DNA from: a virus
IMG/VR virus record: IMGVR_UViG_3300049914_000251
Span: 1 to 64,000 of that record
DNA length: 64,000 nucleotides
Reading direction: 5' to 3' (one strand)
The position numbers and the translations under genes are program-made. Shown piece after piece: positions 29,040 to 38,160 of the stretch (position 1 is the stretch's first letter; every line of letters starts with the position of its first letter). The notes beneath the pieces are model-generated. The model saw only the letters and a program-made list of their open reading frames with translations. It ran no database searches and had not been told where the DNA came from.

Positions 29040-29497
29040 TATGCGCCTCCTGCATCCATGTCATCTAATTGCTTCTTTATATTAAACAGCCGCGCCTCGA
29101 GATCTTCACGGCTCGGCTTTTTAGCCAGATCCTGGGAAATGAGAATTGCTAATTTGGCATACACTGACACGTCCCCGAGCCTGCCTTTCAACCCCTCGAT
29201 CTTTCCCTCGTACCCCTGACACAACTGCCACAAAGCACTGTCAAGTTGCTTCATAGCATATGCCAAAGCTACCACCACCGGATTACTCAGGTCCAGCTCA
29301 GGATAATTCTTAAAAATAGCCGCTACCCTGTAAAAATTGCCCAGAGAATCCCCACCGTGAGCGTAATCATAGTTCTTAGCCGAATGCAGTGCCATCTCCT
29401 GAACCGTCATAGGAATAAAATCAGCGTGTCCATAAGGAAACGCCTTTTGTAGCGCCTCTACAATTACCCTCAACTCTTCTTCTGGTATCTCGTTCAT
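29039..29497 (-). CDS. DUF1599-like (nucleotide-modification-associated, all-alpha) protein
   Basis: KNYDYA...GNF, K..D, R..D...YA pattern. Confidence 0.65.
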   Translation of the reverse strand: MNEIPEEELRVIVEALQKAFPYGHADFIPMTVQEMALHSAKNYDYAHGGDSLGNFYRVAAIFKNYPELDLSNPVVVALAYAMKQLDSALWQLCQGYEGKIEGLKGRLGDVSVYAKLAILISQDLAKKPSREDLEARLFNIKKQLDDMDAGGA

Positions 29498-29536
29498 CTA
29501 AACCTCCTCTATTATAGTTTATACCTACACAATTAA

Positions 29537-30175
29537 CTAACTACCTAAACCATCGACAGTCTCTTCAGGCTCCGACAACACACCCTTTGGATCGTACTTA
29601 TACAAAGCTTCCTGAATCAAAGCTGTGATTGTCCTTTTATCCTCTATGGACATATCCTCAGGAAAATTAGTAGCCACTGTAAACCCCGCAGCCCTGCCCC
29701 AACCCGAAAACTCCCCGTCCATAACGTCATTAAGCTCTCTAATAACCAGCTCCACCTGTTTATCTGTCATGTTCACAGGCTCACGATATAACGGCATCCT
29801 TCCCAAATTCTTAACATATTTCCAGCACTCAGAAATGACCTCTATCACTCTCTGCACCGGCGCCGGAGTGGGCAGTAACCACAAATTCCTGGATTGTATC
29901 TTCATAACACAATCTGGAATAATCACATACTCGAATTCGAGATCCTTGCAATTTACTATGTTAGAAAATTTATACCCGATGACCGACTTATCATAATGAC
30001 TAATGCGCTGTTCAACCGTGGGCTGCAAACCACAAAGCATGTCCAGCTCAATCTCATCCCAGCAGCCGCCAAAAGGCACCAGCTCCATTTCCTCCACACC
30101 TAAAACCTCATCCATACGTGCCTCCTCATCGATGATAATGACAGGCTCTAAAAAACCGGCTGTAAACTCCTCCAT
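29537..30175 (-). CDS. hypothetical protein
   Basis: 212-aa ORF with SD. Confidence 0.6.
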   Translation of the reverse strand: MEEFTAGFLEPVIIIDEEARMDEVLGVEEMELVPFGGCWDEIELDMLCGLQPTVEQRISHYDKSVIGYKFSNIVNCKDLEFEYVIIPDCVMKIQSRNLWLLPTPAPVQRVIEVISECWKYVKNLGRMPLYREPVNMTDKQVELVIRELNDVMDGEFSGWGRAAGFTVATNFPEDMSIEDKRTITALIQEALYKYDPKGVLSEPEETVDGLGS

Positions 30176-30180
30176 TACCC

Positions 30181-30874
30181 CTACACCACTACGCCATTCA
30201 CCTCGACGATTTTATAATATCGTCGCGCTATGGTGACAAGCTCATTCATATAGCCTCGGCTAACATACCAGCAGGATTTGATACTTCCATCTCCGGTCGT
30301 GCTGCGGAAGCTCATTCTTGATGTCGCGCACAAAGTCTGACTTGTAAGGCGTGATGACGCATACACTACCAATACTATCACCATCGAAGATGACCGCTCT
30401 ATCGTCGAATCCTTCATCAAGCCATGCTACGTCCTGATTTTTCTCCATGAGATCCTGTACATGAGACGTTCCATATTTTTTTAGCTCTCCACTTCTCACG
30501 GTCTTCAGCGTATACATCCGCTGCTCTATACTCTGTCTGGTACGGTCATGTGCCTCCGCGATTTCCCCATTGCTGAGACCACGCGCGACCTCAGCCAATA
30601 ACTGCCTATCTTCCTCTTTAGACCATATAGATCCGCCTCTTTTCGAATACGGTGAAGACCTTCTACGCCTATTCTTAGATCTCGTTGGCTCCGGGCCTGT
30701 CGGTCCGATCTCCCTTCTTAATCCTTCGGAGATAACCTCGCTTGTTAAGGTAGTAGGGATACTATCCTTTAATTCAGCCTGACGTATACCCCTGATCAGC
30801 CCGCTCTGAAAGCGCCCCTCCACACAGCCTTCCCTGTAGTACTTGTCCTTTACCTTCTTTAACCACTCCCACAT
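30181..30874 (-). CDS. Myb-like HTH + HARP-like domain protein, apparently frameshifted near 30286
   Basis: WSKEEDRQL..IAEAHDRT; ITPYKSDFVRDIK..RRW continues as SIKSCWYV..LVTIARRYY in another frame. Confidence 0.55.
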
Positions 30875-30952
30875 GATGTACCTCCTTCTCTATATTTTAT
30901 GTTTTTAATCCCCGCAGTTTACTCCCAGCCCCGTAACTTTAGTCTTGACAAT

Positions 30953-31276
30953 TTATCCTCCGAAATACTTGTAATAAATCACCAGGATAAGCAATACCGT
31001 CATCAAAAAGAGAGAAGCGAAACAGTTTAACTTCCAAACCCAGAAAGTTGACGACAAGCTCCTGGGTATATGAAAAGCTTCGCCTACCGTTAGCATGATT
31101 AGCCATGCGATAGCGAAGCTCGTCACATTATGCGTAGTCGCAGTCTTATATATTTGATTAATGCTAGATGTTGAAATCATAACCATGCCTAGAAAATAGA
31201 GCGCATCCAAGAAGCGCTGCTTAAAAACGGCATCCGCCTTATTTTTAGACTTCTTTAGATAATCAGAATATTTCAT
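30953..31276 (-). CDS. PQ-loop/SemiSWEET-like 3-TM membrane protein
   Basis: INQIYKTATTHNVTSFA resembles PQIYKTxxxKxVxxLS; three hydrophobic helices. Confidence 0.55.
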   Translation of the reverse strand: MKYSDYLKKSKNKADAVFKQRFLDALYFLGMVMISTSSINQIYKTATTHNVTSFAIAWLIMLTVGEAFHIPRSLSSTFWVWKLNCFASLFLMTVLLILVIYYKYFGG

Positions 31277-31437
31277 TCAGATCCTTTCATAGAAAAGGGC
31301 TGCGGAGTATACACTCTCTCGCTAATCTCTCCACACTGAGGACATCTTTGAACCTGCAAAACCTCAGAAAAAGCCGTAGGCTTTAATTTGATTTCAAACT
31401 CACCATGTTCAGGACATTTAAATACATACCACGGCAT
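31273..31437 (-). CDS. FmdB-family zinc-ribbon protein (54 aa, not in ORF track)
   Basis: MPWYVFKCPEHGEFE...CPQCG...RVY. Confidence 0.75.
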   Translation of the reverse strand: MPWYVFKCPEHGEFEIKLKPTAFSEVLQVQRCPQCGEISERVYTPQPFSMKGSE

Positions 31438-31449
31438 ACCTACCCCTTT

Positions 31450-32133
31450 CTATTGCTCTATAACGAAAGAATTCCCACTTACAACATGAAACGTGCCGTC
31501 TGTTTTAACATCCCCGCAATCGCCGAACCAAATCTCCTTCATTCCGGCAATCGTGGTAGAAACCTTCCACTTGTGAGTATGTCCTATCACGACATTAATA
31601 CCACGAGCTTCCCCGTACGCTTCCCATGCTGTTTGAATAGTTCTCGTTATCATAGTATATTTCTGAGACTCTCCACCAAACTTCAGCTTTGCCGTGCTCG
31701 GCAACCAGCCGAAGGCCCTGCAGATCCTGTACCAAAGCATCGGCTCATGTGCGACCATCCACTCTACCAGCCCCGGAGCGAACAGCTTCCAAACAGCCCA
31801 ATCCGACCTCTGATACCCGTGAATAAATAACCAATCGTCCTTTTCGTAATATGACAGCACTGGAATATCAACACCAGCAAATAATGGAACCATATACTTC
31901 TGAGGATCATGATTACCTTCCACGATAACATCGCCAGGTCTCAAGACCATCTTTATATCATCCACTATGGGAGTACGCGAACTCCACTTAGAAGGTCCCC
32001 ACGGCAATATATTAAACCAATCCCCTACAAGCACATGCTGTCCTCTAATATCAAAAAACCTTTGCACATTAGGATAATCAGCCAGCCTGTCCGTAGGATC
32101 GAAATGAGCATCTGAACCAGCTACTAACATCAC
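31450..32133 (-). CDS. metallophosphoesterase (LpxH-like)
   Basis: SDAH, VGDWF, GNHD, IHG, GHTH. Confidence 0.8.
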   Translation of the reverse strand: MMLVAGSDAHFDPTDRLADYPNVQRFFDIRGQHVLVGDWFNILPWGPSKWSSRTPIVDDIKMVLRPGDVIVEGNHDPQKYMVPLFAGVDIPVLSYYEKDDWLFIHGYQRSDWAVWKLFAPGLVEWMVAHEPMLWYRICRAFGWLPSTAKLKFGGESQKYTMITRTIQTAWEAYGEARGINVVIGHTHKWKVSTTIAGMKEIWFGDCGDVKTDGTFHVVSGNSFVIEQ

Positions 32134-32143
32134 GCCTTCCTTC

Positions 32144-32329
32144 TTACATCGGTGGTATAAGCGGCCCTATTCTCCGAACTATTTTAGTCTTTTGCACCGG
32201 ACAATACGTATCTGGAGATGGTTCAGGACCTCTTTCCGGTTCTGGATGCGGTGCCACTTTAGGCTTTGTTTTTTCTGGATCCTTAGTCTTTTCCGGACTC
32301 TTCTCCGGACTCTTCGTTGGTTCCGCCAT
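32144..32329 (-). CDS. small Pro/Lys/Glu-rich protein
   Basis: ORF with GAGG SD. Confidence 0.5.
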   Translation of the reverse strand: MAEPTKSPEKSPEKTKDPEKTKPKVAPHPEPERGPEPSPDTYCPVQKTKIVRRIGPLIPPM

Positions 32330-32678
32330 TTTTCGCCTCCTCGACCTTCATACTTTTGTCCATATCTTGAAATATGCCATCAAGCATTGCCTGCTCTTCC
32401 CTCGACCTGGGAGCAGACTTAGAACCGAACTCCTGCATCAAAATATCATAGGCTACGCGCGCCCTCAATTCCCGGTATATCTTAGCCATAGTCTGAGACT
32501 CTAAGGGAATACGTCTTAACAACCCGCGCAGAAATTCAACGGAGAACTTCAAATCCTCAGCAGGAGCCTTCATATCGTTCATATAGAAAATAGACAGCAT
32601 TTTAGCTTCATTCTCCAGCTTAACATCCTCTGGAAGAAAATAAAAAATTATTTCTGCGTCTACAGGATTTACTAACAT
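32283..32678 (-). CDS. hypothetical protein
   Basis: ORF with SD. Confidence 0.55.
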   Translation of the reverse strand: MLVNPVDAEIIFYFLPEDVKLENEAKMLSIFYMNDMKAPAEDLKFSVEFLRGLLRRIPLESQTMAKIYRELRARVAYDILMQEFGSKSAPRSREEQAMLDGIFQDMDKSMKVEEAKNGGTNEESGEESGKD

Positions 32679-32687
32679 AGATTCCCC

Positions 32688-33041
32688 CTAAGCAATAACT
32701 CCCTGCCCCTTGCATGTGCTACACTTTAAATAACCAGCTCCCTTGCACCGAGGACAGCTTCCTACTGCCACTACACTTCTTATTCCCTGTAATGCCTCTT
32801 CCCGAGTACCGGCAAGCCAGCTTAAACTAGGAAATTCCGCGCATAAACCTACGTATTCCTTATCTTCATCGGACCAGGCAACCCCATAAGTATAGTGATC
32901 ATCGGCCTCCTCCTGCCTAATAACATTATAATCGGCCCCAGTACCAGATATCAAAAATAACGAACTTCCCTTTCCTATAGGAGTGACCTGCTCTACCTCA
33001 CTTTCATTACCTGCCTGCAAAGCCAACACCGCCACATCCAC
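32688..33041 (-). CDS. HicB-like antitoxin domain fused to CxxCxGxG zinc finger
   Basis: HYTY..WSDEDKEYVGLCAEFPSLSWLA.T.EEALQGI; CPRCKGAG..CSTCKGQG. Confidence 0.7.
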   Translation of the reverse strand: MDVAVLALQAGNESEVEQVTPIGKGSSLFLISGTGADYNVIRQEEADDHYTYGVAWSDEDKEYVGLCAEFPSLSWLAGTREEALQGIRSVVAVGSCPRCKGAGYLKCSTCKGQGVIA

Positions 33042-33097
33042 GTGTCCAGTACATTCTTTACTTTATTTAATATGCTCATCTTTATTGCCCTTCTACC

Positions 33098-34024
33098 TTA
33101 CCACATTGACAGTAAATATTCAATAGTTCCTGTCTCACTACCGCTGCGTATCAGCTTATCCACCTTATACAATACCACAAAACGCTTCAGAACTGTCTCC
33201 AACGTTACCACCTTAGCCTGGTCCAACCTCTGCCCTATTTGATATGGTGGTATCCCGGTCCTGTCCATCAACTCTCTAGCCGTTAACCTCTTACCTCTTA
33301 ACAGCACTATCAAAACTATCTGAATCAACCGATAAGTAACACCACCAATGAACTGCCTCAAATCTACGCTCTTGCTTACAGCCAACAGATCTCCGATTCT
33401 ACCATCCAGCAAAGCCTCCACAGCGTCGGACTCAGAATTTATCATCACTACAGATCTCACCAACGCCTCATCCAACTCAGGGAACATCTTCAGTTTATTA
33501 CATTCGTTCATCACCACGCTTGGAACTTCCCCGCATCGATTAAGAATCAGATGTGCCAACGACGTAGTAATCTTTGGAAACTCCCCCCTAATATAATCAA
33601 ATAAAGAGTCCTGAGATAGCTCAGTGCAATCTATGTAACATACTTCCGGATGCTTAGGAATCCAACGATCTTCTCCCCTCGCCGATCGCACCTTATCTGC
33701 AGTAGCCACTAATACCACAGACCGATCGCCCTTTTGTAAACCATCGAGCCATTCAGTAATAAACGATACGTCTTTTATCTTCTGCACATCCTCAAGCACC
33801 ACTACCCTAGAATATTGACTGTACTGCTTAAGAGCGGCATCCAATTCGCTTGCTTTAGAGTTACCGTGCAACCTTACAACTTCAGTAGTGCTATACCTCA
33901 CTACCCCGGACAAAACCTCAGCTACAACACGATTAGCTAATATAACATCCGAACCAGACACCATGAAACAACGCCTGGAACGAACTTCTTTGTCCTTGTG
34001 ATCAAGCCATTGTAAATAGTTCAT
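33098..34024 (-). CDS. holA: DNA polymerase III delta-like clamp-loader subunit
   Basis: Degenerate AAA+ (FMVSGSD, RVVVLED), NECNKL, D..I.SG..LLS C-terminus. Confidence 0.75.
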   Translation of the reverse strand: MNYLQWLDHKDKEVRSRRCFMVSGSDVILANRVVAEVLSGVVRYSTTEVVRLHGNSKASELDAALKQYSQYSRVVVLEDVQKIKDVSFITEWLDGLQKGDRSVVLVATADKVRSARGEDRWIPKHPEVCYIDCTELSQDSLFDYIRGEFPKITTSLAHLILNRCGEVPSVVMNECNKLKMFPELDEALVRSVVMINSESDAVEALLDGRIGDLLAVSKSVDLRQFIGGVTYRLIQIVLIVLLRGKRLTARELMDRTGIPPYQIGQRLDQAKVVTLETVLKRFVVLYKVDKLIRSGSETGTIEYLLSMW

Positions 34025-34032
34025 ACTTCACT

Positions 34033-34106
34033 TGGCAGGAGCTGAGAGATTCGAACTCCCGCCTCCACTTTTGGAGAGTGGCGTTCTACCCCTGAACTAA
34101 GCTCCT
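34033..34106 (-). tRNA. tRNA-Trp(CCA)
   Basis: Cloverleaf; arm CCACT-CTCCAAA-AGTGG; encoded CCA. Confidence 0.92.
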
Positions 34107-34291
34107 GTCTCCGTTTCCATCGTTACCAATGTCTCGCTTCCTACCTGCTCCCTAGTAACTTTGATACGCCTACCTGTCAAATCCTGTACAAAGTCAACAT
34201 AAGCGTCGAACTCCTCATCAGTTAACCGCTTATTCGGCACCACAGGAGGTTCAACATCAGCTGGTACGAACACCTTCTTAATCCTAATCAT
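34097..34291 (-). CDS. hypothetical protein
   Basis: ATGA-coupled ORF; stop codon lies inside tRNA-Trp. Confidence 0.5.
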   Translation of the reverse strand: MIRIKKVFVPADVEPPVVPNKRLTDEEFDAYVDFVQDLTGRRIKVTREQVGSETLVTMETETGA

Positions 34292-34554
34292 TTCAAGAAC
34301 CTCTGAATAAAGTCCCCCACCGAATCTTTAGCTATCCTCGTACCGTCATGAAAAGTATCCATATGCCGGAACAACTTATCCACAGGCGCAGCATCCACCA
34401 AAACCAAAGCTTCCTCTTTTACGGCCTCTAATACCCTATCTGAAAAATCTGATTTGGACTTAATTTCCCCTCTCTCCAGGTCACTCAAATAGTCCTGGAT
34501 TCTGATTCGTAAACTCGGCACTGACACCCCCAAAAAAAACAAATTCTTACTCAT
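34288..34554 (-). CDS. hypothetical protein
   Basis: coupled ORF. Confidence 0.55.
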   Translation of the reverse strand: MSKNLFFLGVSVPSLRIRIQDYLSDLERGEIKSKSDFSDRVLEAVKEEALVLVDAAPVDKLFRHMDTFHDGTRIAKDSVGDFIQRFLK

Positions 34555-34633
34555 ACTCTAAGTCTTCACCGCACACCGGACAAACCTCTTCACCACCCTC
34601 CAATTTAGTTCCACAGTAAGGACACTCTTCCAT
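34547..34633 (-). CDS. 28-aa zinc-ribbon microprotein (not in ORF track)
   Basis: MEECPYCGTKLEGGEEVCPVCGEDLEYE*. Confidence 0.6.
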   Translation of the reverse strand: MEECPYCGTKLEGGEEVCPVCGEDLEYE

Positions 34634-34639
34634 ATTAAA

Positions 34640-34906
34640 TTATTCCTTTTTCCCGCTATCCTCTCCAAACGCCTTTAATATCTCATCCGGAATTGCTATG
34701 TGCTTACAGTAAGTGTCCCTGAAATTATCCATTATCTGCGTAAAGATGTTGAACGTGTCTAGATCTAGAAAATCTACTCCTACAGCATTCCTTTCTAACG
34801 ACATGCCAGGCGCTCTAGCTACACGCAGATGTATATGACCGTGCTCACACCGCCAGATTTTAAACTGGCTGGTTTGCATCATAGGACCTTCACCACACTC
34901 AGCCAT
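34640..34906 (-). CDS. hypothetical protein
   Basis: coupled ORF. Confidence 0.5.
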   Translation of the reverse strand: MAECGEGPMMQTSQFKIWRCEHGHIHLRVARAPGMSLERNAVGVDFLDLDTFNIFTQIMDNFRDTYCKHIAIPDEILKAFGEDSGKKE

Positions 34907-35667
34907 TAAACCTCCTTACCGGATAACTTCTTATTTCTTGTCAGTGACTTTAACAAAACACAGCGTAATCTCCAGTTGGCATGATGTAATGTCTTAGCCG
35001 ACCCCACAAACCCGCCATCAAACCAAACCATATAGGATGAACCGTCAAACTCCACGCCTGTCTTGCCTTTATGAACTATTGCCCATTCCAGTATAGCCCT
35101 CTTCTCAGACAATTCACGTATCCAAAAAGATATTTTTCTCTTGGAAACTCCAAACTGATCTGCAAGTTCCGCCTTATCGATGTTATCTCTTATAGAAAGC
35201 TGCTTTGTAATAGCCATGAACAGCTCTGCCAACTTTCTATCACCAGCCGCCGAGGACAACTTATCATAAATATCCTTAACGTCCTGACTGCACTCCCAAG
35301 TCTCTACCTCATTGTTAGGATCCGGATAATCCAGCTCTACCTCACCATCTGCGGAATCGATAGTCATAGGCAGCTCTCGAAATGCTATCTTACGTCTCCT
35401 CTTTGTTATATTCCATAAACGAGTCCTTACAAAACGCCATACATATGTAGAAGGTGCTCCTTTTGCCGGATCATAGGCTTTCAAATAACCACCATCCACG
35501 TTAAGCAATCCGTCCCGGCCTTTTCCACTTATAAACTCAAGCATCATGTCCTGCACTATATCATCAACATCGCACTCTTTAAAACAGCCCGCTCCCCTGA
35601 CAGCCGTACGAAACTTAGGCGCCCACTCAGTATAAAAATCCTCATAATTAGATGGCATTTCCTTCAT
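34906..35667 (-). CDS. sigma70-like RNA polymerase sigma factor
   Basis: DDIVQD...YDPAKG.PSTYVW..VR (region 2); ELADQFGVS HTH (region 4). Confidence 0.75.
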   Translation of the reverse strand: MKEMPSNYEDFYTEWAPKFRTAVRGAGCFKECDVDDIVQDMMLEFISGKGRDGLLNVDGGYLKAYDPAKGAPSTYVWRFVRTRLWNITKRRRKIAFRELPMTIDSADGEVELDYPDPNNEVETWECSQDVKDIYDKLSSAAGDRKLAELFMAITKQLSIRDNIDKAELADQFGVSKRKISFWIRELSEKRAILEWAIVHKGKTGVEFDGSSYMVWFDGGFVGSAKTLHHANWRLRCVLLKSLTRNKKLSGKEV

Positions 35668-35712
35668 TTACATTAACCTCACCAAAATCTTTTTCATCAT
35701 CCCCTAAATAAA

Positions 35713-35991
35713 TTAAACTCGTTCAAATACGTGAAATATCAAAGACCCGCCCATTAACATAACAGTTCCTATAAAGCGAGCGCCGTCTAAATCCCCATCC
35801 TCTATAGAATGGCCGGTCCCTTTGATTACGAATATGCGCTTCTCTGTGTTACAATGACTACCCGTATTAACCAATGCCCACATAAAAACAAACTCTCGCT
35901 GATTTCCTACCGATAAAACCTTAGCGCCAATAGGTAATTCTATGGTTTGCTCATCGGTAACTTCTAATTGATATTTAAAGATGCTTTCCAC
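35713..35991 (-). CDS. conserved phage hypothetical protein
   Basis: IFKY.L..LP.GA.VLSV..Q..WALV..GTGH..IGTV..FHVFE pattern. Confidence 0.65.
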   Translation of the reverse strand: MESIFKYQLEVTDEQTIELPIGAKVLSVGNQREFVFMWALVNTGSHCNTEKRIFVIKGTGHSIEDGDLDGARFIGTVMLMGGSLIFHVFERV

Positions 35992-36044
35992 TTGCTCTCC
36001 TTTCTATACTCCCCGCAGTGGCAAAGTAGATAATCCTGTCAAAC

Positions 36045-36317
36045 TCATTTCACGCTCCCACCCCAAGAACTGAGAAAATCCTGGCTATACTTTACTCTAC
36101 GTCCTTTAGGCCGCTTCGGAATAGTACCAGGAGGTAAATGTCTTAATGCACAGCGCTCCCCGAGAATGACCCGCTCTCCGGTAACAATATCCTCAAACAA
36201 CAAACCTTTCATACTTTCTCCACCACACAGGCAAGTAAAACTGCCTTTATAATTATCTATGTATTTCAATGTCCTGCCTTCGAGAGCCTTCTTGATATTT
36301 TCCGCCCGATGATTCAA
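36045..36317 (-). CDS. hypothetical protein
   Basis: CLCG...GERC motif. Confidence 0.5.
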   Translation of the reverse strand: MNHRAENIKKALEGRTLKYIDNYKGSFTCLCGGESMKGLLFEDIVTGERVILGERCALRHLPPGTIPKRPKGRRVKYSQDFLSSWGGSVK

Positions 36318-36649
36318 CCTTCCTCCTCCGGCAAAGGCGTTCCTGTTAATTTCATCGCCTCGACAGTCGCTTCATTAGCTTCCAATACACAGATCAGCTT
36401 TTTATTCAGGTCATCTATGTCCGCCCTGATCTTAATAGACCTCTCTCTTATCATCCGGGATTCATTAATAAAACTCATTAACTGATTAAGATGCTCGGAA
36501 CTAATATCCTCAGGCGGAGTTTTTAAAAGAACCTCACCATATTTTATAACCCTGTCCAACTCCCTCACCGTTACGAACCACGCAGACGATAACAGCTCCA
36601 TCTTGCTTACCATTTCAGCTACTTGAGATTTATATTCCGGAAGTATCAT
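36314..36649 (-). CDS. hypothetical coiled-coil protein
   Basis: coupled ORF. Confidence 0.55.
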   Translation of the reverse strand: MILPEYKSQVAEMVSKMELLSSAWFVTVRELDRVIKYGEVLLKTPPEDISSEHLNQLMSFINESRMIRERSIKIRADIDDLNKKLICVLEANEATVEAMKLTGTPLPEEEG

Positions 36650-36657
36650 TCTCTTCC

Positions 36658-37008
36658 TTACAGCTCGACATTAAATAAACGTAACTGACCTTTATATGGA
36701 ATGGGCTTATCGTACAGCTTCGCATTAGCAAGCACGAAACCATACTTACCAAAGAACCACTTACTATCGGAGGAAGTGACACAATCCACTATGTCCACTT
36801 CGCCGATCAGATAGCCGTGAATGAAATTTCCCGGAGCCGGTACATCAATACCATGCTGAACTAGCCACCTGTAATGTTCGATATTGAAACCTTGGGACGC
36901 ATGGATGATAATTCTTCCCCTGAACTTCGCAGGCCAGTTCCTATTCTCTATATCCTTACCATTAAAGATCGCCCACGCCATCGGTTGAGTAAGACTAAGC
37001 GCCTTCAT
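36658..37008 (-). CDS. ASCH domain protein
   Basis: ALSLTQPMAWAIFNGKDIENRNW..RG.I.IHAS; KGQLRLF. Confidence 0.9.
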   Translation of the reverse strand: MKALSLTQPMAWAIFNGKDIENRNWPAKFRGRIIIHASQGFNIEHYRWLVQHGIDVPAPGNFIHGYLIGEVDIVDCVTSSDSKWFFGKYGFVLANAKLYDKPIPYKGQLRLFNVEL

Positions 37009-37933
37009 GACCTGCCCTCTCTCTTAAATCCTGGGCCACCCTCTGTTTGACCAGATCAGCCGTCTTTGCCCCTACAAACTTCTGTACTTCCGGACTCCAT
37101 TCAAAACCCACGCCCTCTTTCTTCACATCATCGAACATACCGTTTATAATCTCCCGCATATTAACAAGATCGGCCTTCACGTTCAACTTATCCAGTACAT
37201 GTGTCAGCCTCATAGGAGAGACCCATTGCTCTGCAATAGCCTTAGCAGAAGCATACGCTTCCCTCTTTGCCGGATCTACACTAACCTCTTTATTAGTCTC
37301 CCGGAACTCAGCTCTCTTATGCTTAACAATAATCCGAGCACCATTATTCTTTCGCAGTTCGATCATTGGATGCAGCACCACGCCTTCACGCATCTTACAA
37401 GGGCCCATACCATTGCGCACAGCCTGAACCGAATCCAACAAACACTCTGTTTCGATTGCTTCTAACGTTGCCGGAATCTTTCTGTAATGAACGAACTCAA
37501 ATCCCATCTTCAAGGCCACAGCTTCAGCCGCGGGCACCGCGAGCCAACACTCTCCTACCTTGACCTCGAACACTATGAATCGAAGCTTCGACCCATAAGT
37601 ATTTCCCATCTTCTGACATTTACCTCCGTAAGCCTCACCATACAGCGTAACTTCGGTGTCGCCGAACTCTGCCATGAACTTGTCAAAAAGCTCTTCTTCA
37701 TTAAACAAAGCCAGAAAATCTTCACGACTAACACCGCCTTCAAAGAACTGTACGCCATGCATAGGCGGCAGCGTAACAAAACTCATAGTATTAGGCACCA
37801 TCGGAATCACAGGACGCACCTTCCACGATATATGGGCAGACGTACCATGTATCTTCTCGGTTGCCCAGACCTCTTTGAACAGGTCTATAATGGTAGTATC
37901 CTTATAAAGATTAACAATATCCATGTACGACAT
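36995..37933 (-). CDS. RNA ligase, Rnl2 family
   Basis: Motif I EKIHGT, YGEAYG, FIVFEV, EGVV, KHK. Confidence 0.88.
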   Translation of the reverse strand: MSYMDIVNLYKDTTIIDLFKEVWATEKIHGTSAHISWKVRPVIPMVPNTMSFVTLPPMHGVQFFEGGVSREDFLALFNEEELFDKFMAEFGDTEVTLYGEAYGGKCQKMGNTYGSKLRFIVFEVKVGECWLAVPAAEAVALKMGFEFVHYRKIPATLEAIETECLLDSVQAVRNGMGPCKMREGVVLHPMIELRKNNGARIIVKHKRAEFRETNKEVSVDPAKREAYASAKAIAEQWVSPMRLTHVLDKLNVKADLVNMREIINGMFDDVKKEGVGFEWSPEVQKFVGAKTADLVKQRVAQDLRERAGHEGA

Positions 37934-38160
37934 TTTAATTATCCTTCTTGAAGACCTTAAAGAACGAAAGACTGTCCCTAAAATTGGGATCGAACAGGTA
38001 CTCGATGCTGTAACCGGGCCACATATACCACCCTGTTGACTTCAATACACCTATGACTTCATCACGATACCCCATCACCAACTGCAAACCGCCTGCTGGC
38101 ATCTCTTGTGTCCATTTGCGAAAAATAATCTTACCTGTTATCTCGATCATGCCTTCCCCC

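Noticed and set aside
30905-36045. Shared ACTGCGGG in two intergenic gaps (about 30915 and 36015) as a late-promoter motif
   Set aside because: Only two short instances with different flanks; cannot be distinguished from chance
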